From: an uncultured Pseudomonadales bacterium
GTDB taxonomy: Bacteria > Patescibacteriota > Microgenomatia > UBA1400 > PJMF01
DNA length: 64,000 nucleotides
Assembly (NCBI GenBank): GCA_964393205.1
Contig: CAYMSV010000002.1
Coordinates: 160,843-224,842, forward strand
Reading direction: 5' to 3'
The notes beneath the pieces were generated by a model. It was not told the origin of the DNA and did no database searches. It saw nothing but the letters and a program-made list of their open reading frames with translations. The position numbers were made by a program, and so were the translations under genes. Of the stretch, positions 48,331 through 58,780 are shown piece by piece. Each line of letters opens with the position of its first letter. The stretch's first letter is position 1.

Positions 48331-50526
48331 TTATTTTGGAGCTTGGTAGTCGTCAATTGAATAAGCAAAATGTTGTTTATTGTTTGATTCTTCAGCCCGT
48401 GTATTTTCTGCTTGGTCGGAATTTTTGTTTTGATTTTCAATGTTTGTGTTTTGAGGTTTTTGTTGTTTATAATTTTCACCATCAAATATATTTTTAATCT
48501 GAGGCAATACCGGGTTTTGTTTTAACTTATTTTCTGCTTTTTGTTTTGCATTTTCTAAAACATCTTTTGTAAAATCAAGTTTTTCTCCTTGCCAAGGAAT
48601 TTTGTTTGGTTTATCAAAAGAGCCAACTTTTTCTTTTTGAGCTTCTGTTGACGAGCTTTGTTCAAGTCTTTGACGACGCAATTCTCTTTCAGCATTAGCT
48701 TGTTTTTTTTGACTTAAAATTTCTTCTGGATCAGTGGTAATTACTTGATGTTCTTTGTCAGAAGCAATTACTCGCAGCGCCACATGATTTTGTCCAGCAA
48801 AAAAGATTCCTTCACCAACATCTGATGTGACTAAAAGTTGTCTTTCACCTTCAGATAGATAAAAAGTTTGGGCTAAAAGGGGGACTGAAGATGTGGATTG
48901 TTTCATCAAAAATTGAATGGAAGAGTTCGAAACAATGGCTCGTCCATAGTCGTTACGTAAAAAGTCTTCAACGTCTTGGGTGATAGTAGTAATTCCCAAA
49001 TAATATTTACGTGCTCTTTTAACCATTGAATAAACAAAAGCTGAGCTATCTTGATGCATCATAAAATACCAGGCTTCATCAATAACCAAAATACGCCTTT
49101 TAAGATCTTTTTTAATTTTTGTCCAGATAAAATCAAGAATTACATACATTGCAATTGGTCTTAATTCTTCTTCCATTTCTTTAACACTGAATACGGTAAA
49201 AGGTGACTTAATATCTATGTTAGAAGCTTTGTCAAAAATACCACGAAAAGAACCGGTAATAAATTTTTCTAAGCGAGCAGCTAAATCAGCGCTTTCATCT
49301 TGTTCCATGCCAATTAAGGCTTTATAAAGATCTTCCATTAACGGAGGAGTGTTGGTTTGAGTATTTGGGTCTGGGGTTATGCCTTTAGCCTTATAACTAG
49401 CGACAATAGCACGATCTAATATAGCCTCTTGTTGAGGAGTCATTTCACCCAACATTACTTTTAACAAACCATGAAGTGAAAGAATTTTTTGTCCCAGTTC
49501 GTTTTCGCCCTCTTCATACAAATTAGATAGGTCAAAGGGGTTAATTTTAGCTTTCGAGCCGAAAGTAAAATTAATATATTCTCCATCAACCATTTTGCAG
49601 AGTTCTTCATATTCGTGTTCTGGATCTAAAACAATGATTTCTGTGTCAAACATTAGTTGTCGCAAAATTTCTAGCTTGACTGTATAAGATTTACCAGCTC
49701 CAGATTTAGCAAAAATAACCATGTTAGCGTTTTCCATCTTAAAGCGATCAAATATTACCAGAGAATCGTTATGTTCATTAATTCCATAAACAATGCCTGT
49801 TTCCATAGTTAATTCTGAGGAAGTAAAAGGAAAAGTTGTAGCTAAAGAGGTGGTATCCATGTTTCTGGTAACGAGTAGCCGGTCTACACCCATAGGAATG
49901 GTCGTTTTAAAGCCTTCGTCCATTTGTAGAGCTGATTTCTTAGAGACGATTAATAAAGACCCTAGGGCAGACTGAATGGCCTTGGTGGTTTTTTCCAATT
50001 GTTCTCTGCTTTCGCTCTTAATAGTGACATATAAACTAAACTGAAAAAATCTTTCTGATCCAGCAGCAAGTTGCTCACGCATCACTCGAGCGTCATTTAG
50101 TTTAATTTCGGTATTAATATTACTAATTTTACCCGCTCTAACATCAGAGGTAATTTCCGCCTCCATTTCAGTAATTTTTCTTTTTAAATTATCTAAAATT
50201 TCACTAGTATCAGAGGGAAAAATAAACATCGAGATATTGGCTTGGGTGGGAAAGTTAATTAGTGGGGATAGCCAGTTAGCGGGAACACTTCTAGGATAGC
50301 CAGCTACGAAGAGAGTTCTTGTGTAGGTGGAATTAATTTTTTGATAGGTAAAATCAACTTCAATTGCCTCTGGAGCAATAATATCTTGAATGGTAACAAG
50401 ACCTCGGGAAAAATCTCTCAATTTTTCTTGGGTATATTGTTCTGCATCGATCTGTTTTTGCTCCACAGGATCAGCGTTGGTTTTTTTCTTATTAATAAAT
50501 GGTAGGTTAAAATCTAAAATTGACAT
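48331..50526 (-). CDS. virB4: VirB4/ConE-like T4SS ATPase
   Basis: FPF, N.N..IFAKSGAGKS (Walker A), DPE.EY, INPF, DEAW (Walker B), RKY...TQ, GEG. Confidence 0.88.
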   Translation of the reverse strand: MSILDFNLPFINKKKTNADPVEQKQIDAEQYTQEKLRDFSRGLVTIQDIIAPEAIEVDFTYQKINSTYTRTLFVAGYPRSVPANWLSPLINFPTQANISMFIFPSDTSEILDNLKRKITEMEAEITSDVRAGKISNINTEIKLNDARVMREQLAAGSERFFQFSLYVTIKSESREQLEKTTKAIQSALGSLLIVSKKSALQMDEGFKTTIPMGVDRLLVTRNMDTTSLATTFPFTSSELTMETGIVYGINEHNDSLVIFDRFKMENANMVIFAKSGAGKSYTVKLEILRQLMFDTEIIVLDPEHEYEELCKMVDGEYINFTFGSKAKINPFDLSNLYEEGENELGQKILSLHGLLKVMLGEMTPQQEAILDRAIVASYKAKGITPDPNTQTNTPPLMEDLYKALIGMEQDESADLAARLEKFITGSFRGIFDKASNIDIKSPFTVFSVKEMEEELRPIAMYVILDFIWTKIKKDLKRRILVIDEAWYFMMHQDSSAFVYSMVKRARKYYLGITTITQDVEDFLRNDYGRAIVSNSSIQFLMKQSTSSVPLLAQTFYLSEGERQLLVTSDVGEGIFFAGQNHVALRVIASDKEHQVITTDPEEILSQKKQANAERELRRQRLEQSSSTEAQKEKVGSFDKPNKIPWQGEKLDFTKDVLENAKQKAENKLKQNPVLPQIKNIFDGENYKQQKPQNTNIENQNKNSDQAENTRAEESNNKQHFAYSIDDYQAPK

Positions 50527-51650
50527 TAAAGTTCCACTGGACCCGGTTCATTTTTATTTAATATTTGATTGGTTGAGTTTGGTGGCATTGTTTTTTGATT
50601 TAAAGTGTTGTCTTGGGTATTTAAATCTGTTTTTTTGGTTTCATCATTTGCTTGTAAACTCTGTTCTTGCTCGGGATTCGTTGTTTGTAAATGAACAATT
50701 TCTTCGCTAAAGTTTGGTGAAGGGTTTATTTGTAATTTTAAATCCGCTATTTTGTTTAAATCTTGAGAAACAAATTGAGTTTTTTTATTTGGCTCTTGAT
50801 TACTTGTTTGATTTTTTTTTGAGATCTCTTCATCAACAGTTATTGATTGAGGTGTTTTAGTTAAAGTGGGAGTTTCGCTTGGTTCAATATTTAGCTCTGG
50901 TGCGGGTGTTGGTGCTGGTGCTGGTGCCTGATTAACGACTTGATCCATTTCGTTAAAATTTTGATTACTTGTCAAACTAGCTCTAACCATAGGAGTCGTA
51001 TAACTCTCGCTATTGGTAACTTCTTGACCTTCTGTCGACTCTGGATTGTAATTGATGTAAAAATTTTGAATAATTTCTTGAGTGTCTAGTTGTCTAGCAA
51101 ACAAGCCAATTCTATTAAATTGAGCAATTAAATGATCTCTACGAGGATCTAATATTGTAGAGGCTTTTTCAATTAGAATGGTTTTTTCAAAATTATTAAT
51201 ATTAAATTTAGTTTTACCAGGTAAAACACTTTCCGCAGTATAAAGACCCATTTCTCCAGCATTGGTAGGAATAACTACAAAAAATTTTTTTTCTAAAACA
51301 TTTCTCTCACGAATTAGATTGGCCACGAATTCTCGGTATTCTTCAATTAATTTAGCTTTTTCTCTAGATTTGGCTTGTTTTGCTTGGTTTTCAAGTAGTC
51401 TTAGATATCTTGTTGCATCTTTAATATTAGACTGAATGTTAATTTGAATGGGAAAGTTAAGAGAATTAAGCAGGGCACCATAGGTATACATAATGGCGTC
51501 TTGTTCTTGCTCTGCTAACAGACTAAAGTTCATGGTGCCTATTTGCATAATGATGGATATTACACCATCTTTAAGAATTACCATGTCGTTGGTAATATCA
51601 TAAACATCAAGAAACTCTTGTGTGGTAGAACTAATAGTGTTGTCGCTCAT
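50526..51650 (-). CDS. T4SS-associated protein (TraC/VirB4 N-terminal-like) with low-complexity tail
   Basis: TQEFL....I...V, NF.LL...EQ.A....Y..LLNSL.FP.QI; coupled to virB4. Confidence 0.6.
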   Translation of the reverse strand: MSDNTISSTTQEFLDVYDITNDMVILKDGVISIIMQIGTMNFSLLAEQEQDAIMYTYGALLNSLNFPIQINIQSNIKDATRYLRLLENQAKQAKSREKAKLIEEYREFVANLIRERNVLEKKFFVVIPTNAGEMGLYTAESVLPGKTKFNINNFEKTILIEKASTILDPRRDHLIAQFNRIGLFARQLDTQEIIQNFYINYNPESTEGQEVTNSESYTTPMVRASLTSNQNFNEMDQVVNQAPAPAPTPAPELNIEPSETPTLTKTPQSITVDEEISKKNQTSNQEPNKKTQFVSQDLNKIADLKLQINPSPNFSEEIVHLQTTNPEQEQSLQANDETKKTDLNTQDNTLNQKTMPPNSTNQILNKNEPGPVEL

Positions 51651-51704
51651 GAGTCTTGTTTAAGTTTACTAGATTTTGACCCTTAGTAAAAGAGTCTTAA
51701 TTTT

Positions 51705-52658
51705 CTAATCAGCAATAATTTCTATTGTTGGTACTAATTTTCCAGTCAATCTAATGCTTAGTGGGGTAAATATTAAATCCTCTGCTTCGGTTTTAATTAA
51801 ATATTCTCCGTTAGGGAGTGCTGTTTTAATATAAAATTGACCAGCAGTATTAGTTTTAATGATGCGTAAAGCTTGGTTCTGATCGGCAGCAAATACTTCG
51901 ATCAAAGCGTTTTTAACTCCTTGACCACTTGTATTCTTTACCAAGCCAACTAATTGATTAGCTTGTTGTGCTTCTAATTTATTATTACCTTCGTTTTTAT
52001 TTTCTGAAGTGACTGGTTCTTTGTTCGCTTCCACTGTGTTTTGTAAGTTGTCTTGTGCATTTTTTTCCCGAACTTCTTCTAAATTTTTTAGTTTACGAAT
52101 TCTTGTTTTTAATTGTGGTTTGTTTCTTTCTTGTTCTGGTTTAACGGAAATATTTTCAGCTCTAACTTTAACCTGATCATAGTTGGCAATAAGATCTTGA
52201 GTTTTTTGTTTGTAATGATAGTCCCAGTCATCAAGTTCTTCATCATTTTCTGGAATACTCTTTAAATATTCTTGAATGCGTTTTTTTCTAGCAGGTGAAT
52301 AATTAACCTCTGGATTAACTTCAAGATTTTGATTTAATCCTGGTTTATAGTTAAAGAAATCAGGAACCTTTGGAGTTCTTTTCCAAAAAAATTTAGTAGG
52401 TTTCCAAAGATTTTTAAAAAAAGTGACGATCCAAAAATCAAGAGGTCTCTCTTCTATGGGGACGAAGGCAATCATAATTGACAATAAAACTATAAAAATA
52501 AATAAAGGCCATCTAACTACGCCAATTAGATTACTTTTATAAACAATAAAAGCAATGAGTGCTCCAACTGCTAGTTCGGCAAATTGTTTAAGGGTCATGC
52601 TACCGATTAGATGGAATTTATAACCAGTGATGTCTTGAGGAATTGGGTGTTGTTTCAT
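51705..52658 (-). CDS. PrgI-family (VirB3-like) protein with C-terminal carboxypeptidase-regulatory-like domain
   Basis: QHPIPQ.I..Y.F.L.G.MTLKQF, two TM, RPLD.W; C-terminal G.V....G.GV..A..E...TN..G.F. Confidence 0.75.
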   Translation of the reverse strand: MKQHPIPQDITGYKFHLIGSMTLKQFAELAVGALIAFIVYKSNLIGVVRWPLFIFIVLLSIMIAFVPIEERPLDFWIVTFFKNLWKPTKFFWKRTPKVPDFFNYKPGLNQNLEVNPEVNYSPARKKRIQEYLKSIPENDEELDDWDYHYKQKTQDLIANYDQVKVRAENISVKPEQERNKPQLKTRIRKLKNLEEVREKNAQDNLQNTVEANKEPVTSENKNEGNNKLEAQQANQLVGLVKNTSGQGVKNALIEVFAADQNQALRIIKTNTAGQFYIKTALPNGEYLIKTEAEDLIFTPLSIRLTGKLVPTIEIIAD

Positions 52659-53062
52659 AAGGACAGTTTGTTTGACTGATATTCAAAGCGCTCGCTTTTA
52701 ATATCACCAAAACCTTTTTCATTTAACCATATTTCTAGTGCTTTTTCTGTAGCGCTTAAACCGAGGTCTGATTTAATTATAAAGCCACCAGTTTTATATG
52801 AATACTGAATGTTGAAGTCGGGTGTGGTAACAGGAGTAATGTTTTTTAGTTCAGTTATTAGGCGTAATTGTTCTTCTTCATTTTCACTCAACATTGCTTC
52901 ATCAACGGGAAAAGCGTCTCTAAGAATTATTTCTTCTGGTTCTTTTGTTGGTGGGGGAGTTGGCACGATTACTTCCTCTGCTCTTTGTTTTGCAAACAAA
53001 ATAATTAATAAGATTATTATAAATAAAGTAATAATAAAAATGATTCTGATCTTTTTTTTCAT
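52655..53062 (-). CDS. Hypothetical membrane-anchored protein in T4SS operon
   Basis: N-terminal TM, PTPPP linker; overlaps PrgI gene by 4 nt. Confidence 0.6.
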   Translation of the reverse strand: MKKKIRIIFIITLFIIILLIILFAKQRAEEVIVPTPPPTKEPEEIILRDAFPVDEAMLSENEEEQLRLITELKNITPVTTPDFNIQYSYKTGGFIIKSDLGLSATEKALEIWLNEKGFGDIKSERFEYQSNKLSL

Positions 53063-53064
53063 AA

Positions 53065-56000
53065 TTAATTTTTTATTAAATATAGATGTCTAATATAGCT
53101 GTTGTCGGTACCCGAAGTTAAGCCTTCTCCAGAAGTAGACACAACTTTGTGGGTAACATTTTCTCCCCACCAAGGATCATAAGCTGTTAGATAGCCAGGC
53201 TCTTCAACACAGGTAATAACATAATAGTGGCCAAATCCACGAGTGTGGGTGAGAGCAAATAAAAGATTGCCTTCCGCCAAATAATTGGCCAATTCGTCAG
53301 TAATTTGACCAGGGCTGCCAGTGGGTGTAGGTACGGCGGTCGCGCTGACTCCATTATTACTTAGGGTGCTAATAAGGGGGGACAAGGCTGTACCGGCACA
53401 GCTAGTGGCACCACAGCCTCCTGGTACCAAATAACCTTCTCTAGTAGACATTGTTATTGGATCTTCATTGAGGATCATGGCAATGCTGACTGGTCCACAG
53501 GAAGAAGAACCAAAACTACAACCGCCATTACAAATCATAATATTGTTATAGGCTTTTTGGCTATAATAGGTGAGGTTGCCAACGACAACATCGTTACAAA
53601 AAACTGCACTGCCTCCACCACCAAGGCTTCCGCCGGTAGGAAATTGAGTTAAAAAAGCGCTGTTTAGAGTAGTCTGATAAATAAGCATGCTTCCGGCCGC
53701 TAAGCCAAAAGCGGTAAGTACTGCTTGACCAGCGGTAACCATAGCTCCAGAGCCAACTTCAGCTAAGCTAGCTCTAGCTCCAGTTAATTGAGTGCCTCTT
53801 GCTTGTATTTCGCTAGCAGAAACTCTATTTGCTAATTGACCAGCTTCTGAACTCAAGGGTTGAGTAATAGAGTTAGAAGCTTCAGCTTCTAGCGCACTAG
53901 ATAAAATATTGTTTTTTGCAAAAACACCTGTCCCTGTATTGCCAGAAAACAAATTTTTAAAAAAAGATGCAGCTTGTATTCCTAATTTTATGAGAATGCC
54001 TAAAAGTGTGCCTAAAAAAGCAAGTATTGCTAATATGCTTGCAGCTAAAATTTTTAAGAGAGGCTCCAATTTCTTTTTTATTTCACCCCAAGCTATTTTT
54101 TCAATCATTTGCTTGATTGGCTCGGGCAAAGTTTCAAAAGCTCCACCGGTAACATAATCTAACCCAGCTCGAACAGCTTTTTCTCCTAAAAAATCAATTC
54201 CTTTGTTGGCGAGATTTTTTATGCTTTCAAAACCCTCTTTAAGTTGAGATTCAACGGCACCTTCTTCATTAAATTGTCTGACAAAAGGGTATTGTCCATT
54301 CTCGTCTGGACCAAAAGCCTGATTATAATTAATAGCTCCTAAATCATAAGCAGAAAATTGGGGTAGGCTGCTTGATTGCAAATATATATTTTCAACTAAA
54401 AATTCTTCTCGTGGGAGATAGTAGTGTAGGGTGGCTGTTTGTGCCCTAGTCCCACTAATATTAATAACGTCAAGAAAAGTTTGTTGATAAACTAGTCTTA
54501 ATTGTCTGAGTTTTTGATTTTGTTCATCACTAAAAGCATTAAAATTAATCTGATTTTGAGGAAGACCAGCCAAGGTTTTAGTAACGACATCTGCATCGAT
54601 AACATTTAATTGAGATTGTTGTTTGAGTTGTTGAAAATATATGGTTTGTTTTTGTATCGATTTTTTGTCCTTGCTGACAAGCACATCTTCTGCTTCAATT
54701 TTTTCAATATCTTCTGGGCTGTAAATTTCATTAGCAATACCCTCATGAATAGATTGACTCCATTCCGCTCTTTGTGTGCGCCAATAACTAGCAAGCAAAT
54801 CTTTAATGGCTTGTTCGTTAGCTAAAAAAGTATTTTGACTGATAAATTCTTGGCCAAAATGAGCTTGAAAGCGTTGCCAATCAAAACGCTCAATATAATC
54901 GACGGGATAATTTTGTTGAATAAAGGTATCTATGATTGGCAGAATATTTTCTTGTGCAAAGAAAGATTTTTCCAGTCCTCTTTTGTCATCAGCGACAATT
55001 TTTTGCCATTCACTAAGAAAACTCTTTTTGGTAACCCTAGTAAAGCTTTTTCTTATATTTTTTAAAAAATCTTTTTTAAAATCTGCTTGAGAGTCTAATT
55101 TCTTAAAAAATAGCTCAGCCTCTTCACTAGATAAGTTCTGTAGTTGTTCTTGAAGTTCGGGTGGTAAATCTGTAGCATTGATATTTAGTTTTTGGGCTAA
55201 TTGTTCTTGAGTTAAAGCTTGATCTTGATTTTTTTCTAATTGGGCTTGAATTTCTGTTTTATCTTTGTCACTGCTAGTTAAGCTACCGAGTTCTGTGGCA
55301 AAAAGTTGCCCACCCCTGATATCAGTCATTACTTTCAGCGCTACATCTTTGGAAAAGCTGATTCTTTGGGATGGATTATTAATTAAATCTTCTAAATCAT
55401 AGCGGCCACTAGTAAAAAGATTTTCAATTTTACTAAAGCTAATTCCCAATAATTGTTGTCTAGTTTCTAGCGATAGTTGATTAAAATTAGGAATTTGCTC
55501 AAAACCCATTTCTGTCAGTTGTTCTTTCGAGAGATTGGCAAATTGAATTTGTAAGGATTGATTAATGGAAATAATAGCTAAAGAGCGAATATAAAGTTTA
55601 GAGCGATCATCGAGGCGAGCTAAATTAAATTCACTAGAAAAATCTTCGGGAAGGTTTTGTTTGATTTTTTCAGTTTTTTGTTCTTTGTCGGTGTCGTCTC
55701 CGTATTCTTCTGAAGTTTGTTGAGAACTGATGGGTTGTTTTTTATCTTGCGTAGAAGAAGTGGGAGTCTTTTTATCAATTTCCTCTTGAGAATCTTTGGT
55801 TTTTAAATTATCTTCTTGTTGTTGCTCAATGATCTTAATCATTGGTTGAGCTAAATCGGTATTAACTTTTTGCCATAGAGAGAAAGTTTGTTCCAATTTA
55901 CTTAATTCTTTGAGCAAGATTTGATCAGAACCAGGTTTGCTAGCTAGGCCGATGCGGTTAAAAAAATCTCTACCGAGTTTTGCCAAGGCTTGCTTGCCGT

Positions 56001-56403
56001 CCTGATCAATAAATTTAGCTAGTTGAAGGTTGCTTTGTTCTAAAAAAGCAATAAGGTCGCTCAAAAAAAGACTGTTTTGTAAAATTTGATCTTTTTGTCT
56101 ATTTAATTCATCAATAATCTTTTTTTTCTGTTCAGAGTTTATTGCTTTATCTTGAGTGACATCGGCTATTAGTTTTAATTGGGTTTCAATTTTGCTTGCT
56201 TTTTGTAACCTAAAAGTTTTTCCACTAAAACCCCTGACTAAAAATGGCAAATTAAAGCTTTTGCCAAACTTTTGAGGAAGATCTTGATTAAAGAAGTTTC
56301 CACAAAAAGAGATGATGATTTTTAATTCATCAAAGTTAAGATTGTTTTGACTAGCTAGCTGTTTGAGTTCAATACGCAAACTACCATGGTCTTGATCAGC
56401 CAT
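53065..56403 (-). CDS. Large membrane protein with C-terminal C39-like cysteine peptidase domain
   Basis: YYSQ, SSCGPVSIAMIL, GHYYV, YDPW (Cys-His-Asp); two hydrophobic segments; start at ATG 7 nt after TATAAT. Confidence 0.7.
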   Translation of the reverse strand: MADQDHGSLRIELKQLASQNNLNFDELKIIISFCGNFFNQDLPQKFGKSFNLPFLVRGFSGKTFRLQKASKIETQLKLIADVTQDKAINSEQKKKIIDELNRQKDQILQNSLFLSDLIAFLEQSNLQLAKFIDQDGKQALAKLGRDFFNRIGLASKPGSDQILLKELSKLEQTFSLWQKVNTDLAQPMIKIIEQQQEDNLKTKDSQEEIDKKTPTSSTQDKKQPISSQQTSEEYGDDTDKEQKTEKIKQNLPEDFSSEFNLARLDDRSKLYIRSLAIISINQSLQIQFANLSKEQLTEMGFEQIPNFNQLSLETRQQLLGISFSKIENLFTSGRYDLEDLINNPSQRISFSKDVALKVMTDIRGGQLFATELGSLTSSDKDKTEIQAQLEKNQDQALTQEQLAQKLNINATDLPPELQEQLQNLSSEEAELFFKKLDSQADFKKDFLKNIRKSFTRVTKKSFLSEWQKIVADDKRGLEKSFFAQENILPIIDTFIQQNYPVDYIERFDWQRFQAHFGQEFISQNTFLANEQAIKDLLASYWRTQRAEWSQSIHEGIANEIYSPEDIEKIEAEDVLVSKDKKSIQKQTIYFQQLKQQSQLNVIDADVVTKTLAGLPQNQINFNAFSDEQNQKLRQLRLVYQQTFLDVINISGTRAQTATLHYYLPREEFLVENIYLQSSSLPQFSAYDLGAINYNQAFGPDENGQYPFVRQFNEEGAVESQLKEGFESIKNLANKGIDFLGEKAVRAGLDYVTGGAFETLPEPIKQMIEKIAWGEIKKKLEPLLKILAASILAILAFLGTLLGILIKLGIQAASFFKNLFSGNTGTGVFAKNNILSSALEAEASNSITQPLSSEAGQLANRVSASEIQARGTQLTGARASLAEVGSGAMVTAGQAVLTAFGLAAGSMLIYQTTLNSAFLTQFPTGGSLGGGGSAVFCNDVVVGNLTYYSQKAYNNIMICNGGCSFGSSSCGPVSIAMILNEDPITMSTREGYLVPGGCGATSCAGTALSPLISTLSNNGVSATAVPTPTGSPGQITDELANYLAEGNLLFALTHTRGFGHYYVITCVEEPGYLTAYDPWWGENVTHKVVSTSGEGLTSGTDNSYIRHLYLIKN

Positions 56404-56478
56404 AACACTCATTATAGACAGAAATTTAGTCAGTGACTAGGCAAAAAAAAATAAAAATAGTATAATTTAACCATCAAC

Positions 56479-58725
56479 ATGAACATAAATAGTGAGTTTT
56501 CACCTAAGAAGGGTTTTTTTAGAGAAGTAGATAAAGGTGGGGGTGGTGGTGGTGGTGGTGGTGGAGGTAAAGATGATGAGGGTGAATCTAGTAGCAACAA
56601 CGAACAAGAAGATGCTAAAGGAGCAACAATGAAAACAGAAAAAGAAATCTTAGACAATGTTTTACCAATTCTAGGAGCTGACATCAAAAAAACAGCTCAG
56701 TTAATTGACGACCTTGAAGCTGAAGCAGCCATTGAGGTGCTAGAGCAATCTCGAGACTTAGCTATGTGGTATAAAACTTCTTCTCCTAAAGAAACAGCAG
56801 CATTAGCTTTTCTTAAAAAAAAGTTAGAAGAAAAAGCTGCAGAATTAGGTTATTCTTTTGAAGATGAATTGGAAGAAAGCGAGGGGAGTGTAGGGGGTGC
56901 AGAAAGTGTAGAGAGTGCAGAAGATGGAGAGAGACCTTCTTGGCAAACAAAGTTTGATCGTTTATGGGACGAGTTGCAAGATACCTATAGGGAGAGAGCT
57001 AGTTCTAATCCAGACATTCGTGATTTAACTTCACAACTCACTGAAATTGTTGAAGAACATTTTTCTGAAGAAGAAAAGAGGGCTTATAGAAGAACTCTAT
57101 TAATGAGAGATGTAGCTAACCCCAATGCAGTCTTTAGGCATTTGTGTACTGAAACACCTGAGGAAGCTCGAAAAAAATCTTATCTTAATGAAGCTCATGA
57201 ATTAAGAAAATATATGGATTTAGAAAATGTTTTTGGAGTGTCCATAAAAGAAATCGTTGACTATTTAGAAACAGATGCTTTTGATAATATTGAGCATAAA
57301 ATAACGAGGGGAGACGGAAGTATTGGTGTATTTCATTGGGATTATGCTGCTAATGGTGATCCGGAAGAAGAGCTTTATGCTCCAAGAGAAGATGATGGAA
57401 CTATTGATTTTTCGGGTTTTCCAAATGAAGGAGACGTGATTCCTGATGAGGAGTGGAAGGGGAAAAAGGCCCTAACTCTTCAAGAGTTGATTGAAAATAA
57501 ATTTCCAAAATTAAAAGAAATTCCTAAGTTTGTTTCCGATTCTTTAATAACCTTTGTTATAGTTTCTGAGCTTAGGTATCATAAATTTTATCCATATTAC
57601 AACTATTATCAAAACTCTCCTATTAATGGTATGGATGCCGGTGCTCTTTTACCCTGGGGTATACCAGGCTATTTGGGCTATAAGGCTGCTTCGATTCAAA
57701 AAATTCCTGGATATAGCTCGATTTTGATGTTAACGAGACATCCTAATGAAGAAAAGTTAAAAGAAGTTAATGACTTTGAAGGTACTGACGAGGAGATTGA
57801 AGATTCTATAAATGCCGAATACAGGACTATAAATTTTGAAGAGGACTGGGCGAGAGGGCGCTTTATTTTTAAGAAAAATGACAATGGCGTTGTTGAAAGA
57901 AATCATGGCAGACGTATTAGGGAACACGAATATGTTGAAAATCGTAATGAAAGTTTTGAAGGTGATAGTTTATATGATAAGACATCAAAAAAAAAGAGAT
58001 TTGATAAGGCTCTAGAGAACAGAGAAATAATGGTTATGGTGAGAAATGCTCTTTGCTGGATGTTTTCTCCAGACGTAGATTTTGGTTCGGTTACTCTTAA
58101 TCCTGACATGCAATTGCTACCCAGCCCTTGGAATGTGATTAAGGGTAAATGGAGAGGTGAGTCTATTAACATTACCTTAGATGATCTTTTTGAAGTTTAC
58201 GATCAATTTAATAAATTTGCTGAAGAAATAGATAACGTCCCAAGCATAACTCAGCCAATGCAGGCAATGACTCTACTCTCAGATTTAATAAGCAATACTT
58301 CTAGGTTTAAGGTTATCTTTGGTAAATTAAATAAACCCGTTTTTCAAGAATTATATGATCTCGTTGGATTAATGTATATGTTTTATCTTAAGAAATTATT
58401 TGATCAATATATGAAATTGCCAAAAATGAAGGGTTTGTCTTATGCTACAACCCCAAAACACATGGTTTTTGCTCAAGAGGTAATACATGAGGTAGAATTT
58501 GACAGAACTCTGCCGCCGTTTATCAAAGAAACCATTGTGAAAGCCATGAATCAATTAGGCGTTGTCGCAGATGGAAAATGGGGAGTTATATTCTCTCCAC
58601 CAACTGCGGAAGATGAAACCCCTCTATTTATTAGATTTCAGCAGCTCGTTGGTTCTGGTTTTGCTCAAAATTTAAATCGTTGGCTTAAACCGGCTAGACC
58701 TGAAGAAAAAGATCCAAATCAATAA
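56479..58725 (+). CDS. Hypothetical acidic soluble protein with N-terminal poly-Gly
   Basis: 748-aa ORF, TATAAT at 56461; no family recognised. Confidence 0.7.
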   Translation: MNINSEFSPKKGFFREVDKGGGGGGGGGGGKDDEGESSSNNEQEDAKGATMKTEKEILDNVLPILGADIKKTAQLIDDLEAEAAIEVLEQSRDLAMWYKTSSPKETAALAFLKKKLEEKAAELGYSFEDELEESEGSVGGAESVESAEDGERPSWQTKFDRLWDELQDTYRERASSNPDIRDLTSQLTEIVEEHFSEEEKRAYRRTLLMRDVANPNAVFRHLCTETPEEARKKSYLNEAHELRKYMDLENVFGVSIKEIVDYLETDAFDNIEHKITRGDGSIGVFHWDYAANGDPEEELYAPREDDGTIDFSGFPNEGDVIPDEEWKGKKALTLQELIENKFPKLKEIPKFVSDSLITFVIVSELRYHKFYPYYNYYQNSPINGMDAGALLPWGIPGYLGYKAASIQKIPGYSSILMLTRHPNEEKLKEVNDFEGTDEEIEDSINAEYRTINFEEDWARGRFIFKKNDNGVVERNHGRRIREHEYVENRNESFEGDSLYDKTSKKKRFDKALENREIMVMVRNALCWMFSPDVDFGSVTLNPDMQLLPSPWNVIKGKWRGESINITLDDLFEVYDQFNKFAEEIDNVPSITQPMQAMTLLSDLISNTSRFKVIFGKLNKPVFQELYDLVGLMYMFYLKKLFDQYMKLPKMKGLSYATTPKHMVFAQEVIHEVEFDRTLPPFIKETIVKAMNQLGVVADGKWGVIFSPPTAEDETPLFIRFQQLVGSGFAQNLNRWLKPARPEEKDPNQ
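56536..56568 (+). repeat. (GGT)n microsatellite encoding Gly11
   Basis: ggt ggg ggt x7 gga ggt. Confidence 0.9.
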
Positions 58726-58780
58726 AAAAGATAGCAAAATGGAATGGGGTGTTTTAAAAATTTTAAAAAAACTAAAATTA

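Noticed and set aside
56479-58725. G-rich composition as evidence of horizontal transfer
   Set aside because: It is a + strand gene right of oriC, so leading-strand G skew and acidic codons can explain it; not tested quantitatively
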